DNA of 64,000 nucleotides from Porphyridium purpureum. Taxonomy: Eukaryota. Shown here piece by piece: positions 40,415 to 49,376 of this stretch (position 1 is its first letter; every line of letters starts with the position of its first letter). Where the stretch lies: positions 310,001 through 374,000 of the forward strand of contig VRMN01000002.1 in the NCBI GenBank assembly GCA_008690995.1, written 5' to 3'. A program made the translations under genes and the position numbers. The notes under the pieces were generated by a model. That model worked only from the letters and a program-made list of their open reading frames with translations. It was not told where the DNA came from and made no database searches.

Positions 40415-41932
40415 GTGTCAACAAGGCCACGCGACGAGGAAGGGGCGGCGGGGAACATGGACCCCGTCGACGCTGCCGACCCGGGCCATTCAAGCGGTGA
40501 GCGTATGGATGCGGCGGACGACCCGCCTCGGCCGCGCGCGGAGACAGACGCAGAGAAGGCATCCGCGTCCGAAGGGGAAGATCTCGAGGACGACGAAGGC
40601 CGAGATGTGAACAAGCACGTATATGTGGGCTTTACGGCGCCCGTGCAGGATGCAGAGGAACGCGCACTTTTGGGATCCGCACGGATGTTTGCGTCCAAAG
40701 TGGGCGGCCGACCGGCCTGGTTGGTACCAGAAGCGGACAAGATTCCAAGCGCAAGCTCCCTGGTGTGCGAGTCGTGCAGCGGAGCTGACGGCTTGGACAC
40801 TGATCTTGAGCGTGAGCCTATGCGCATGTTACTGCAGATTTACGCTCCGCTGGATGACGCGGCGTTTCATCGGATCCTCTACTTATTTGTGTGCCGACGA
40901 GCTGGCTGCCAGAGAGGCCGAGGTAGTTTTAAAGTTTTTCGGCAGCAGTTGCCGCGCAGGAATCCGTTCTATGCGTTTGATTACGAGCCGCCGTCCGTGC
41001 AGGACGTGCTTGCAGAGAATCAACAACGGGAGGGTAGGAATGTTCATCTGTGTTGCGTCTGTGGAATTCTCGCGCGCTCGAAATGCGCGCTGTGCAAGCG
41101 GGCTTGGTACTGCTCAAAGTTCTGCCAGCTGGACGACTGGAAAAGATTAGGACACAAGGAGCTCTGTGGTAAAGAAGCAGATCCGCAGTCTTCTTGTAAA
41201 GATGCGCGAGCCGAGATCTTGTCCGAGAGACTCTTTCCGTTGTTGAGAATTGAAGTTGAGCAGGCATTCTCGGCACTTCCGCTCGCGAGCGCGGCCCCCG
41301 TAGGCACAATGCAAGACGCAGATGACAATGAGTTTCTGAACAAAGAGGAAGCAAAGTCCCACTCTGCTCCATCCCGGGACGCCGAATCAAACCAAGCGAG
41401 CAAAAACAACGACGTCGGTGCGCAAGCCACACCGATCGCAGCCGATTCACACATGGTGCGCTTTCAGCAGGCAGTTGAAAGCGATCCGGACCAAGCCATT
41501 CGGTACTACTCCTGGTCATCCATCGACAACGAGGATAAAGATGGCCCTGACGTGTATCCTGTGGAGCCACTATGGATGCACACGGAGCACGTGCTCAACT
41601 TTTTGCCGCCGGCATGTGAGAGATGTACAGGATCGCGCCGGCTTGAATTCCAAGTCATGCCCCAGCTCATTTACTTTATAGAAGAAAGCGTCGAGCTCCC
41701 AGAGAAGCGCAGTGAAGATGAACATGATCAAGTACTCTGCACAAACGCAGAAGAAGATCCGGATGCGAGCCAGCAGGCCGCATTGTACAGTATGGCGAGT
41801 GCGTTGAGCAAGCAAGGCGTCATTGAGTTTGGCACACTGGTCGTCTACACTTGTGCAAACAGCTGCACTGGTGACGGCCTTGCCCCGGAATATGTTTTCC
41901 ATCAACCGCCACCCAGCCATCTGCCGTTCTGA
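40415..41932 (+). CDS. PDCD2: PDCD2/TSR4-like protein with MYND zinc finger
   Basis: SKVGGRPAWL, LLQIYAP, MYND finger CCVCG..C..C..YCS..CQ..DW..H...C, C-terminal EFQVMPQL and FGTLVVYTC. Confidence 0.9.
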   Translation: MSTRPRDEEGAAGNMDPVDAADPGHSSGERMDAADDPPRPRAETDAEKASASEGEDLEDDEGRDVNKHVYVGFTAPVQDAEERALLGSARMFASKVGGRPAWLVPEADKIPSASSLVCESCSGADGLDTDLEREPMRMLLQIYAPLDDAAFHRILYLFVCRRAGCQRGRGSFKVFRQQLPRRNPFYAFDYEPPSVQDVLAENQQREGRNVHLCCVCGILARSKCALCKRAWYCSKFCQLDDWKRLGHKELCGKEADPQSSCKDARAEILSERLFPLLRIEVEQAFSALPLASAAPVGTMQDADDNEFLNKEEAKSHSAPSRDAESNQASKNNDVGAQATPIAADSHMVRFQQAVESDPDQAIRYYSWSSIDNEDKDGPDVYPVEPLWMHTEHVLNFLPPACERCTGSRRLEFQVMPQLIYFIEESVELPEKRSEDEHDQVLCTNAEEDPDASQQAALYSMASALSKQGVIEFGTLVVYTCANSCTGDGLAPEYVFHQPPPSHLPF

Positions 41933-41958
41933 GGCCAAAGTAAACTGACGGATCAAAG

Positions 41959-42660
41959 ATGCGCCTTTTCGTGGGCGTCACGCTGAGCGCAGAGGCGCGC
42001 GCGTTTGTCGACGGTGTGCGCGCGAATGCATGCAGTAGGTTGCCGTCCCTGCCCGCACCGACGCATGCAGCGGCGGGCGGATCGTCGATCAAGTGGGTTC
42101 CGGCGGCGGATTTTCACGTCACGCTGCAATACATAGGTGCGCAGCCCGAGTCGGCGTTGCCCGGAATGTGCGCGGCATTACGCGCACAAGCCGAGCAGAT
42201 GACAAGTTTTGATCTGCAGCTTGAAGGGATCACCTGCACGTTTCGGCATACGCGCAAGCCAACCCAAAAGCCCCCTCCGCCGCGTGTGCTCTTCGTGCCA
42301 CTGGTAGAAGACGACGGGAGCAAGCAATTGTGCGCGCTGGCCGGTCGAGTCACGGCAGCATTGAAGGAGGGCGGCTTTCTGCGCGACTTGAAAAAGCGCG
42401 ACCTGGAAAAGGCGTTCACACCGCACGTGACCATTGCACGAGTAACGCAAAGCTCTAGCGCCGTGGAGACTGAGGCACTGCTTGAGCTACTCAAGCAGGA
42501 CCAGGCAACGACCAAGGAAGACGTGGCGCCCGCGCGAGCGTCTTTCGGAGTGGACTCCATCATTCTGTACGAGACAGTCAAACTGGAGCAAGGCCAAGAG
42601 TACCAGATGCGGGAGGTCTTCCGATTCCCGCAATCGAGCCACCAGCTGGCCGAGACTTAG
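41959..42660 (+). CDS. 2H phosphoesterase (LigT/ThpR, 2',3'-cyclic phosphodiesterase)
   Basis: N-terminal MRLFVGV and two HxT motifs (FHVTL, PHVTIAR). Confidence 0.85.
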   Translation: MRLFVGVTLSAEARAFVDGVRANACSRLPSLPAPTHAAAGGSSIKWVPAADFHVTLQYIGAQPESALPGMCAALRAQAEQMTSFDLQLEGITCTFRHTRKPTQKPPPPRVLFVPLVEDDGSKQLCALAGRVTAALKEGGFLRDLKKRDLEKAFTPHVTIARVTQSSSAVETEALLELLKQDQATTKEDVAPARASFGVDSIILYETVKLEQGQEYQMREVFRFPQSSHQLAET

Positions 42661-43230
42661 TGTGTGCCATCTGCGACTGAAGCTTTGATCTGGTGACAAC
42701 AGGGCGCCCGGAGAATTGATGAGAGCCTTTTTGCACAGACCTTGCTCTTGAGGCGAAAGGTCAACGACGCATCATCTTCACCGCCATGCTAGAGCAGAAT
42801 ATCTTTATCTCTAGTGCACTTTCATCGCCTCTTTCTGTAAGTCTCACTCGTCTACGATGTGTATGAATGCATTTCTCGGCGCGCTACGGAAAGTGTCACG
42901 CCTTGAAACGGAGAGAGATTCACGGCATTGTTGCAGAAATTATATGATGCTCTGGCCAAATTAGTTCAAAACTTACATCAATCGCTGACCAGCTCCGTCT
43001 GAGAGACCAAGCAAACAATGTCTTTGAATCTCCAGCAGCGTGCCTCGAAGTAGCCCGTCCATCTAGCAGCAGACAAACAGAGTTCATACTTGCGTGACTG
43101 AGTTGCACGTGGCCGCTCAGCATTATTCTGCCCGAAAAAGATCAGCTTTAAGGCAAGCTCAAGAAGGCGACTTCCGTGCCGTGGGACACCAGGCACGTCA
43201 AAGGCATACAGTGCTAGGCAAGCTGAAAAT

Positions 43231-45636
43231 TCATGAAGCGAGGCTTGCCATCCATCGAACAAAGACGCACTGCGATGACTCTACACGATGGTCGCACGAC
43301 CGATCGGTGCTCGCGCTGGACGCGGGACATGCATGTGACTCACAAAAGGGATGGAAAATATCAACATGCGGATGGTGGCGTATCATGCGTCCTCGCACCG
43401 CACTCAGCGTTCCATCGAGTGGAAGCGTGAAACCATTGAGCAAATATTCAGCGAGCACAATTTCGGCCAGCCACGAGATCATGTTCAGGATGACGGCGTC
43501 GGCGCCGAACATTTGCGTTTGCATCACGCCGCCTCTGCTCTGGCGAACGTCCAGATCGCGAAAAAGCATGGCCTTTGCCTTGCCATCGACTCGCATGGAG
43601 ACCCGCCGCCGCGCACTAAGGCTGAAGAATCGGCGGAACATATGGTTGCGAAGCATTGCATCGCTGGATGGGGCCAACAAGGCACTGGGCTCTTTGTACA
43701 AGCACGGGTATGATGCATCTACAAAGACAAAATGGGTCGTTGAAAACGGGTTTTGTCGCGCTGTACGAGCAAGCAAATGGAGTCGCGTGTGGGTATTCAG
43801 AGCTCGCTTATCTATCCCTTGCGAATCCTCGAGTTGCTGGATGACAGACCGAACATCCTCGAAACGAAAGGCCATTGTTCTTTCGAGGCCTGGATCATAA
43901 TCAATCAACTCGCAAGCGTGAGAGGCGCCGTCGCAAGAGCCTTCACCAAAGCCGGACATGCGAGCCTTAAGGTGGGAGGATACATACAACACCTTTGGAT
44001 ACGATAACAAACGCCACTTCTGTAGAAATGCATCCAGCCCGCCGTCGACACCGCCTATGGTCTGTTCGTCAAGAATGGTCACAATCGTGATGTTTGAGTC
44101 TTGCGGCATGGGCGCCTCGTAAGCCAACAGCGTATCGACGACCCATCTTCCATGAATGTACAGTAATTGTCCGATCTTGCTTTCCAGCTTGACCTGCGCA
44201 AATTTCCTCTGGATTTCATCCGTCTGGTCAAGTATCGGCTTGGCGTTGCGCTCCGTCCAAGCATAAGGAGCGAGCTGTCGGAGCCATTCTGGAGCGCGAT
44301 CCTTCGGATGCTTGAGGCTCACATATCCGGCCTGAGGTGATCTCATGGTGAGGGGCGTCAGACCTCGGGGGTCGATCACGTACCCAAACTCATCCTTCAA
44401 TCCCTGAACTTCAGCAAAGTCTCTACGCCACACGTACCAGCGCTCGTCGAATCGGGACTCCTTCAACTCGACGTGCGAGAAAAGCCCGCCACCTAACGCG
44501 ACGGTCACGTTGAGCGTGGCCCATTTCAGCTGCGCGCTATTGGCCCAAGACTCAAAGTCGGAGGACGAAGAATTCCAGGCCTTCATGTAAGGCAGTGCCA
44601 TGGTACGCAGAAACCACGAGCGGCGGAACATGGACGGATTGTTTGTCCACTGACAGAACTTGGCGGGGGCGCAGAAGTAGAGCTCAGGGTCTGGATCCGG
44701 CTCTGAGCCTGGCTGCTCGAGCGGTGGAGGCTCGGCACGCGGAACAGCACACTGGGTGATCATGTGCTGCGGGAAGTGCTGATCGGGTCTGGGAAGCCAG
44801 TGATGCGCGTAACACAGCAAGTCTGACTGTTCAGCAAGAATGAATGCTTCCCTTCCTTCGTACATCATGGACGCGTAGTTCGGATGACCCGGCTGGTATC
44901 GATGCCTGAAACGCACAATGTCCGCACGCCCATCAACTAGAAAGCGTTTGGCTGCATCGAGTCGCTGCACGGTGCGCGTGGCGCTCTCCACCAGCTGAAA
45001 ATCCTTTTCCACAAATAGAATGAGTTCGGTCTGCGCAAAAGCCACGGCCCACGAAATGGCCTGACCAATGAGCGCATTCTTTGGGTGCTTGAGCAGCAGC
45101 ATCTTGTCCTGGAGTTGGCGGGGAAGAAGTCGCAAAGACGATCCCTCATCATCATCAAAAAAGAGTGATGACGGCGCCTCATTCTGAAATAAAATGATGC
45201 GGTCTACGTACGAAATCAACCCATTCTCCAGCCAAGTGACAGATGCAGCGAGCAGGGAGTTGAATTCCTTGTGACATAGCACGATCATGGTGACGAGCAC
45301 ACGATCGTTTTGCGTTTCTTGCGTCGGCTTCTCCGACAGGCTTGCTTGCGTTAACGCTCCGGGCATCTCAAGTATCGACGGCTCAAGTAACTGCACTGAC
45401 TTCGGAACCCAAAGTGCTTGAACTCTTCCCCCAAACCTGCCTAACAGGTACATGTCGCTCCACTGCGGCTGCGCCAACATTCGCCTCAGGGCGAACAAGG
45501 CTGTTGACACGCCCCATCCTAGCCGCAACAATAAGAGCAGAGCTACGAATACAAACACGCCAGCGGCGACAGTCGCCGCGGGCCCACGCGCGCGTTTCCA
45601 TCGCGCGACCCTTTTCGCCGGCGAGTCAGCTCTCAT
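43231..45636 (-). CDS. Type II membrane glycosyltransferase-like protein with a C-terminal HtrL-like segment
   Basis: N-terminal TM anchor; LFVEKDF DxD-like motif; C-terminal ITIVT...QNPFSTTHFVFVDAS resembles the HtrL/YibB family (inference). Confidence 0.6.
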   Translation of the reverse strand: MRADSPAKRVARWKRARGPAATVAAGVFVFVALLLLLRLGWGVSTALFALRRMLAQPQWSDMYLLGRFGGRVQALWVPKSVQLLEPSILEMPGALTQASLSEKPTQETQNDRVLVTMIVLCHKEFNSLLAASVTWLENGLISYVDRIILFQNEAPSSLFFDDDEGSSLRLLPRQLQDKMLLLKHPKNALIGQAISWAVAFAQTELILFVEKDFQLVESATRTVQRLDAAKRFLVDGRADIVRFRHRYQPGHPNYASMMYEGREAFILAEQSDLLCYAHHWLPRPDQHFPQHMITQCAVPRAEPPPLEQPGSEPDPDPELYFCAPAKFCQWTNNPSMFRRSWFLRTMALPYMKAWNSSSSDFESWANSAQLKWATLNVTVALGGGLFSHVELKESRFDERWYVWRRDFAEVQGLKDEFGYVIDPRGLTPLTMRSPQAGYVSLKHPKDRAPEWLRQLAPYAWTERNAKPILDQTDEIQRKFAQVKLESKIGQLLYIHGRWVVDTLLAYEAPMPQDSNITIVTILDEQTIGGVDGGLDAFLQKWRLLSYPKVLYVSSHLKARMSGFGEGSCDGASHACELIDYDPGLERTMAFRFEDVRSVIQQLEDSQGIDKRALNTHTRLHLLARTARQNPFSTTHFVFVDASYPCLYKEPSALLAPSSDAMLRNHMFRRFFSLSARRRVSMRVDGKAKAMLFRDLDVRQSRGGVMQTQMFGADAVILNMISWLAEIVLAEYLLNGFTLPLDGTLSAVRGRMIRHHPHVDIFHPFCESHACPASSASTDRSCDHRVESSQCVFVRWMASLAS

Positions 45637-45753
45637 CCAGCGGTTTGGTTCTCTATCGCTGACCTTGAATTCTCGCAGAGCTGTGCAGCGCTCGCGGGAG
45701 GACCGGCGTGCGTGTCTAAGCGACGGACAACAACGACCGCGGCGTCGCGCGTG

Positions 45754-45993
45754 ATGTTCTTGGCGGACTCACCCGACGGAGTGCCGGCCTTGTACTGGAA
45801 CCTGTTTCTTTGTGCAGTCACGCTGCTCGTCTTTGTGTTTTTGTCGCTGCTGTGCGTATTGCTGAAGGAGCTCTGCGGGATCGGGCTGGGCTTCGGCTAT
45901 GAGGCGCTACATGTGGCTTCGTCCATGAGTGTGCGAAGTAGACTAGCTTTGGACGGCGTTCGTGATCGACCTGGCGCCGAACGCGAACTGTAA
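45754..45993 (+). CDS. Possible small single-TM protein (79 aa)
   Basis: ATG-initiated ORF with a long hydrophobic stretch, divergent from the 45636 gene. No homology recognised. Confidence 0.25.
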   Translation: MFLADSPDGVPALYWNLFLCAVTLLVFVFLSLLCVLLKELCGIGLGFGYEALHVASSMSVRSRLALDGVRDRPGAEREL

Positions 45994-46287
45994 TTATAAA
46001 CCTTATCGACGGGTAGTTTACCCAGAAGGAAGAATGACGCATCAACGGAGCAGCGAGTTCAGACATGCGACCAGTACCACGCGGTGCTGCCGGAACAGGT
46101 CGATGAGGTGCGCGAGCTGATAGACGCCGACGGCGTAGACGTAAAACTGTGAAAGATGATGACAGTAAGAGCGTCCTTTTTTCTGTCGGGGGGGTTGCGA
46201 CCAAGGAGATGTTGATTGATGCGCATGAAAAAGCGGGACACAGACGCGGAGATATCCGAGTCGAATCGGTACAGCTTACGAGATCAA

Positions 46288-46692
46288 ATGGACATTGTTA
46301 GGATGATAATCCAAACGAGCCCGCACGTATACGATCTGAATCCAGTATCCCATATCGCATAGGTGCCCGTAAACGGGCGCATCACAACCGTATGCGAGAC
46401 GCGACCTATTAAGAGGCTCACGGAGCTTCTCATTGAGACCGGTGGCGACGACATCAAACTCGATGCAGACGCCTTTTCTGCCTTGTTCTGCATCGCGGCA
46501 AGCATCGGCGAGCGTGATTACTCGGACGATCTCAAGGCGCTGATTGGTGGAGGACTTCTTGCAAATGCTGGTGATGAAGATCGGCTGACGGCGCTCCCGG
46601 ATGCGTGCCACACCGCGCAATCTCAGAATGTGTCCGTACTACTACACATCGGCTCCAGAGCACTGCACTGCAGAGCATTTCAAGCCCAGTAG
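46288..46692 (+). pseudogene. Decayed ankyrin-repeat gene fragment
   Basis: In-frame TAG at ~46360; ankyrin-like DEDRLTALPDACH...NVSVLL. Confidence 0.35.
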
Positions 46693-46847
46693 GCACGTTG
46701 CGCGACATCACCGCGACGCAGGCGGAGGTCGGCGCGAATCTTCTATGCTGCAAACAAATTGGGTTTGAAGAGGGATCCATAGTGCCAGAAAAACGTGATC
46801 CAGACGAAGAAGAACATTCGCTTGGACTCCCACGGTTGCCTGACACT

Positions 46848-47843
46848 TCAAGGTTTGGCCCGTGAACTCCTGCTGATGATTTGAGCTTCGATCTTACGCA
46901 TATCCTCCCACGAGAGGCTACACTTGTGGAAGCACAAATCTGTCTCCGCAAACTTTAAAAAGTCGACGAACACAAAAATAATGTGCATGCAGGGCTCAAA
47001 GTTCCGCGAGTACTGGATTTTGAAGTCTATACAAGAGCATTTGATGCCTTTTTCAACACTGAGCGACACTTCAAAAGGATTTTCGAAAGGATCTGGAGAA
47101 TCCAATAGCGCTGCCGCCATTTCGTGCAAGCAATACACGTGTTCCCAATGAGGAGACCACCCCCGCTGACCTAAGGACACAAGCCGGAGATTTCTCGCTT
47201 TGACTTGATCCAGCGTGGACGTGATGTATTCTTGTTTTGCCAAGTCCTGCTCTTCGAGAGGAACCATCGCATTTTTTTTGCTAGGGCTTGGTGATGCTTG
47301 AAGCTCGCTCCGCATCGCCACGGCGATGTGATCTGCCACCTCAGCGCATGGCACTTTTCTCGACTGCTTGCGATGCGACGAATCGATAGCATTCAGTGCC
47401 TGCTGCTCGCGAAGTCCGTATATTTCTTCAAGCATACTTTCATCTGGTACGAGGCGCCCTAGCTCAATCTGACTGGACCGACGGATCAGGTCTTGAACGG
47501 CTTTGTTGTCCCACGAGGCCTTGCTGCAAAATCCGTGCTCGGTAAGTACGGCGTGCATCGGCAAGGCCAGCGCACGCACCATGACAAACAGCATGTGCTT
47601 ACACGGTGCCATCGCGTTTTGCACGCGGCCGCCGCGCTTGCGAAAATCCGGGCACGAGCAGTACGGGTGCGCGGCGAGCAGCACCTTGTACGGCTCGGTA
47701 GCGTCGCTGCTGCTGGCGCCTTGCACGCTGAACTCTGCAGACATCGCGCCCTCGTCCAGCAGCACGCCGAGCACCTGCATATCTTCGGATGCCGCGCGTT
47801 CCAGTCGCTTCAGCACCACACCAAGCCATTCTTCCTCGCCCAT
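46848..47843 (-). CDS. Protein with two SWIM zinc fingers
   Basis: CSCPDF...PCKHMLFV and CSCIDF...PCMHIIFV. Confidence 0.85.
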   Translation of the reverse strand: MGEEEWLGVVLKRLERAASEDMQVLGVLLDEGAMSAEFSVQGASSSDATEPYKVLLAAHPYCSCPDFRKRGGRVQNAMAPCKHMLFVMVRALALPMHAVLTEHGFCSKASWDNKAVQDLIRRSSQIELGRLVPDESMLEEIYGLREQQALNAIDSSHRKQSRKVPCAEVADHIAVAMRSELQASPSPSKKNAMVPLEEQDLAKQEYITSTLDQVKARNLRLVSLGQRGWSPHWEHVYCLHEMAAALLDSPDPFENPFEVSLSVEKGIKCSCIDFKIQYSRNFEPCMHIIFVFVDFLKFAETDLCFHKCSLSWEDMRKIEAQIISRSSRAKP

Positions 47844-48053
47844 CTCATCGTCTACCTTTTTCCCGGCTTCTTCCTCTTTCCGGTCTCACTCGCCCAGACG
47901 CCCCAGTCTGTCGCGCATCTTACTATGAAGCTGATTCAGTTTAGTATGAAAAGCTCGTGGGCAACGATCGAGGTTCGATTCGAACTGGCAAGCAACAGAT
48001 GCACGAGCGGCAGGAGACTCAGGAGGAGCAGGAACAGCAGGAGGAGTAGCAGC

Positions 48054-49376
48054 ATGACATGGGTTTCTGCAGCTGTCAGAAGACAGCTGCGCTCACTGCG
48101 AATCAGTCGTGGTGATGTGCGCGCATTTGCAAGCCATGGAGCAGATGTGAATGTTCGAGACGTGGCGTCGTTGGGCGCATGTAAGATCGGACCTGATGGC
48201 ATGAAGAATGGAAATTGGCGTTTTCCGTATCAAGAGCACACTCTCAAGCAGTCAGTCGCGCTACCGCCAGAAGTGTACGCGGCGCGAGAGGTCTTTGAGA
48301 TCGAGAAGCAGACGCTGTGGCGGAACGCGTGGCAATTTGTGACCCATGAGTCCGAGTTGTTGCCATCGGAGGATGAAGCGTCCACAGAGTCTTCGACGTT
48401 CAAGACATTCGAGCTGCTAGGATATCCTTTAGTTGCGGTGCGGGATGGGCGGTCCAAGACATACTCGGCATTCCATAATGTCTGTCGGCACCGGGCAGGA
48501 CCGCTGGAATGGCCAGGATCAGCAGGATGCCTCGGGCAGCACGGCCTGCGATGTAAATACCACGGCTGGATGTACGATCTCAACGGCCAACTCCGAGCCG
48601 CACCAAACTTTGGTGACGCCGCAGGGTTTAGAAAGTCAGACTACCCTCTTTTACGCGTCGACATGGAGCAGTTCCGCGGCTTTCTACTGATGCGCCTCAT
48701 TGGTGCCGCTGCGGCCGAATCGGCAAGTGTTGGACACTCCGCAAAGTCTTCGTTTCGGGACCAGTACAGGGACCTCGTGGCATATGTCGCTGAGCTTTCT
48801 CTCGAACGATTCAAGCTGCACGGCCATACGTCTCATCATGTTGCATGCAACTGGAAAGTGATGGCCGAGAACTATTTGGAAGGCTACCACATTCCAACAA
48901 TCCACCCGGCGCTGAGCAAGGAAATGGGCGGGAGCCTGGACCACTACGAGGTCAAGGTGCACGACGGCTTTGTCACGCACCACATAAAGAGCGATACAAG
49001 TATGGCACACACCGGGCTCTGGGTTTACATTTGGCCCAATGCCGCGATCAATATGTACAAATCCGGATTATCGCTCGAGCGCTGGATCCCTGTCGACGAA
49101 AAGAACATGCGTGTCGAATACCTCAATTTTTTTGATGAAACAGCTAGCAGCGAGGAAATTTCCGCCGCTCAGGCAGGCACCGGTACACTTACCCAAGAGG
49201 ACGCCAACATTTGCGAGGCAGTCCAGCAAAACCTCAATTCTTCTGGGGTATATTCAGCCGGCCGACTGTCTCCTCGTCACGAAATGGGCGTCCACTACTT
49301 TCAGTCGCTATATAGAGCGAACGTCCCGATGGAGTCCGTGTACGCATCTTCTAGCACCGTTCGAGCAGAAGCTTGA
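48054..49376 (+). CDS. Rieske non-heme iron oxygenase, choline monooxygenase-like
   Basis: Rieske motif CRHR...CKYHGW; mononuclear Fe motif ENYLEGYHIPTIH...QED. Likely start at ATG 48054. Confidence 0.85.
   Translation: MTWVSAAVRRQLRSLRISRGDVRAFASHGADVNVRDVASLGACKIGPDGMKNGNWRFPYQEHTLKQSVALPPEVYAAREVFEIEKQTLWRNAWQFVTHESELLPSEDEASTESSTFKTFELLGYPLVAVRDGRSKTYSAFHNVCRHRAGPLEWPGSAGCLGQHGLRCKYHGWMYDLNGQLRAAPNFGDAAGFRKSDYPLLRVDMEQFRGFLLMRLIGAAAAESASVGHSAKSSFRDQYRDLVAYVAELSLERFKLHGHTSHHVACNWKVMAENYLEGYHIPTIHPALSKEMGGSLDHYEVKVHDGFVTHHIKSDTSMAHTGLWVYIWPNAAINMYKSGLSLERWIPVDEKNMRVEYLNFFDETASSEEISAAQAGTGTLTQEDANICEAVQQNLNSSGVYSAGRLSPRHEMGVHYFQSLYRANVPMESVYASSSTVRAEA

Noticed and set aside
47493..48053. 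N-terminal extension of the Rieske oxygenase overlapping the SWIM gene
   Set aside because: Non-ATG start, antisense to a real gene; ATG 48054 gives a plausible leader.
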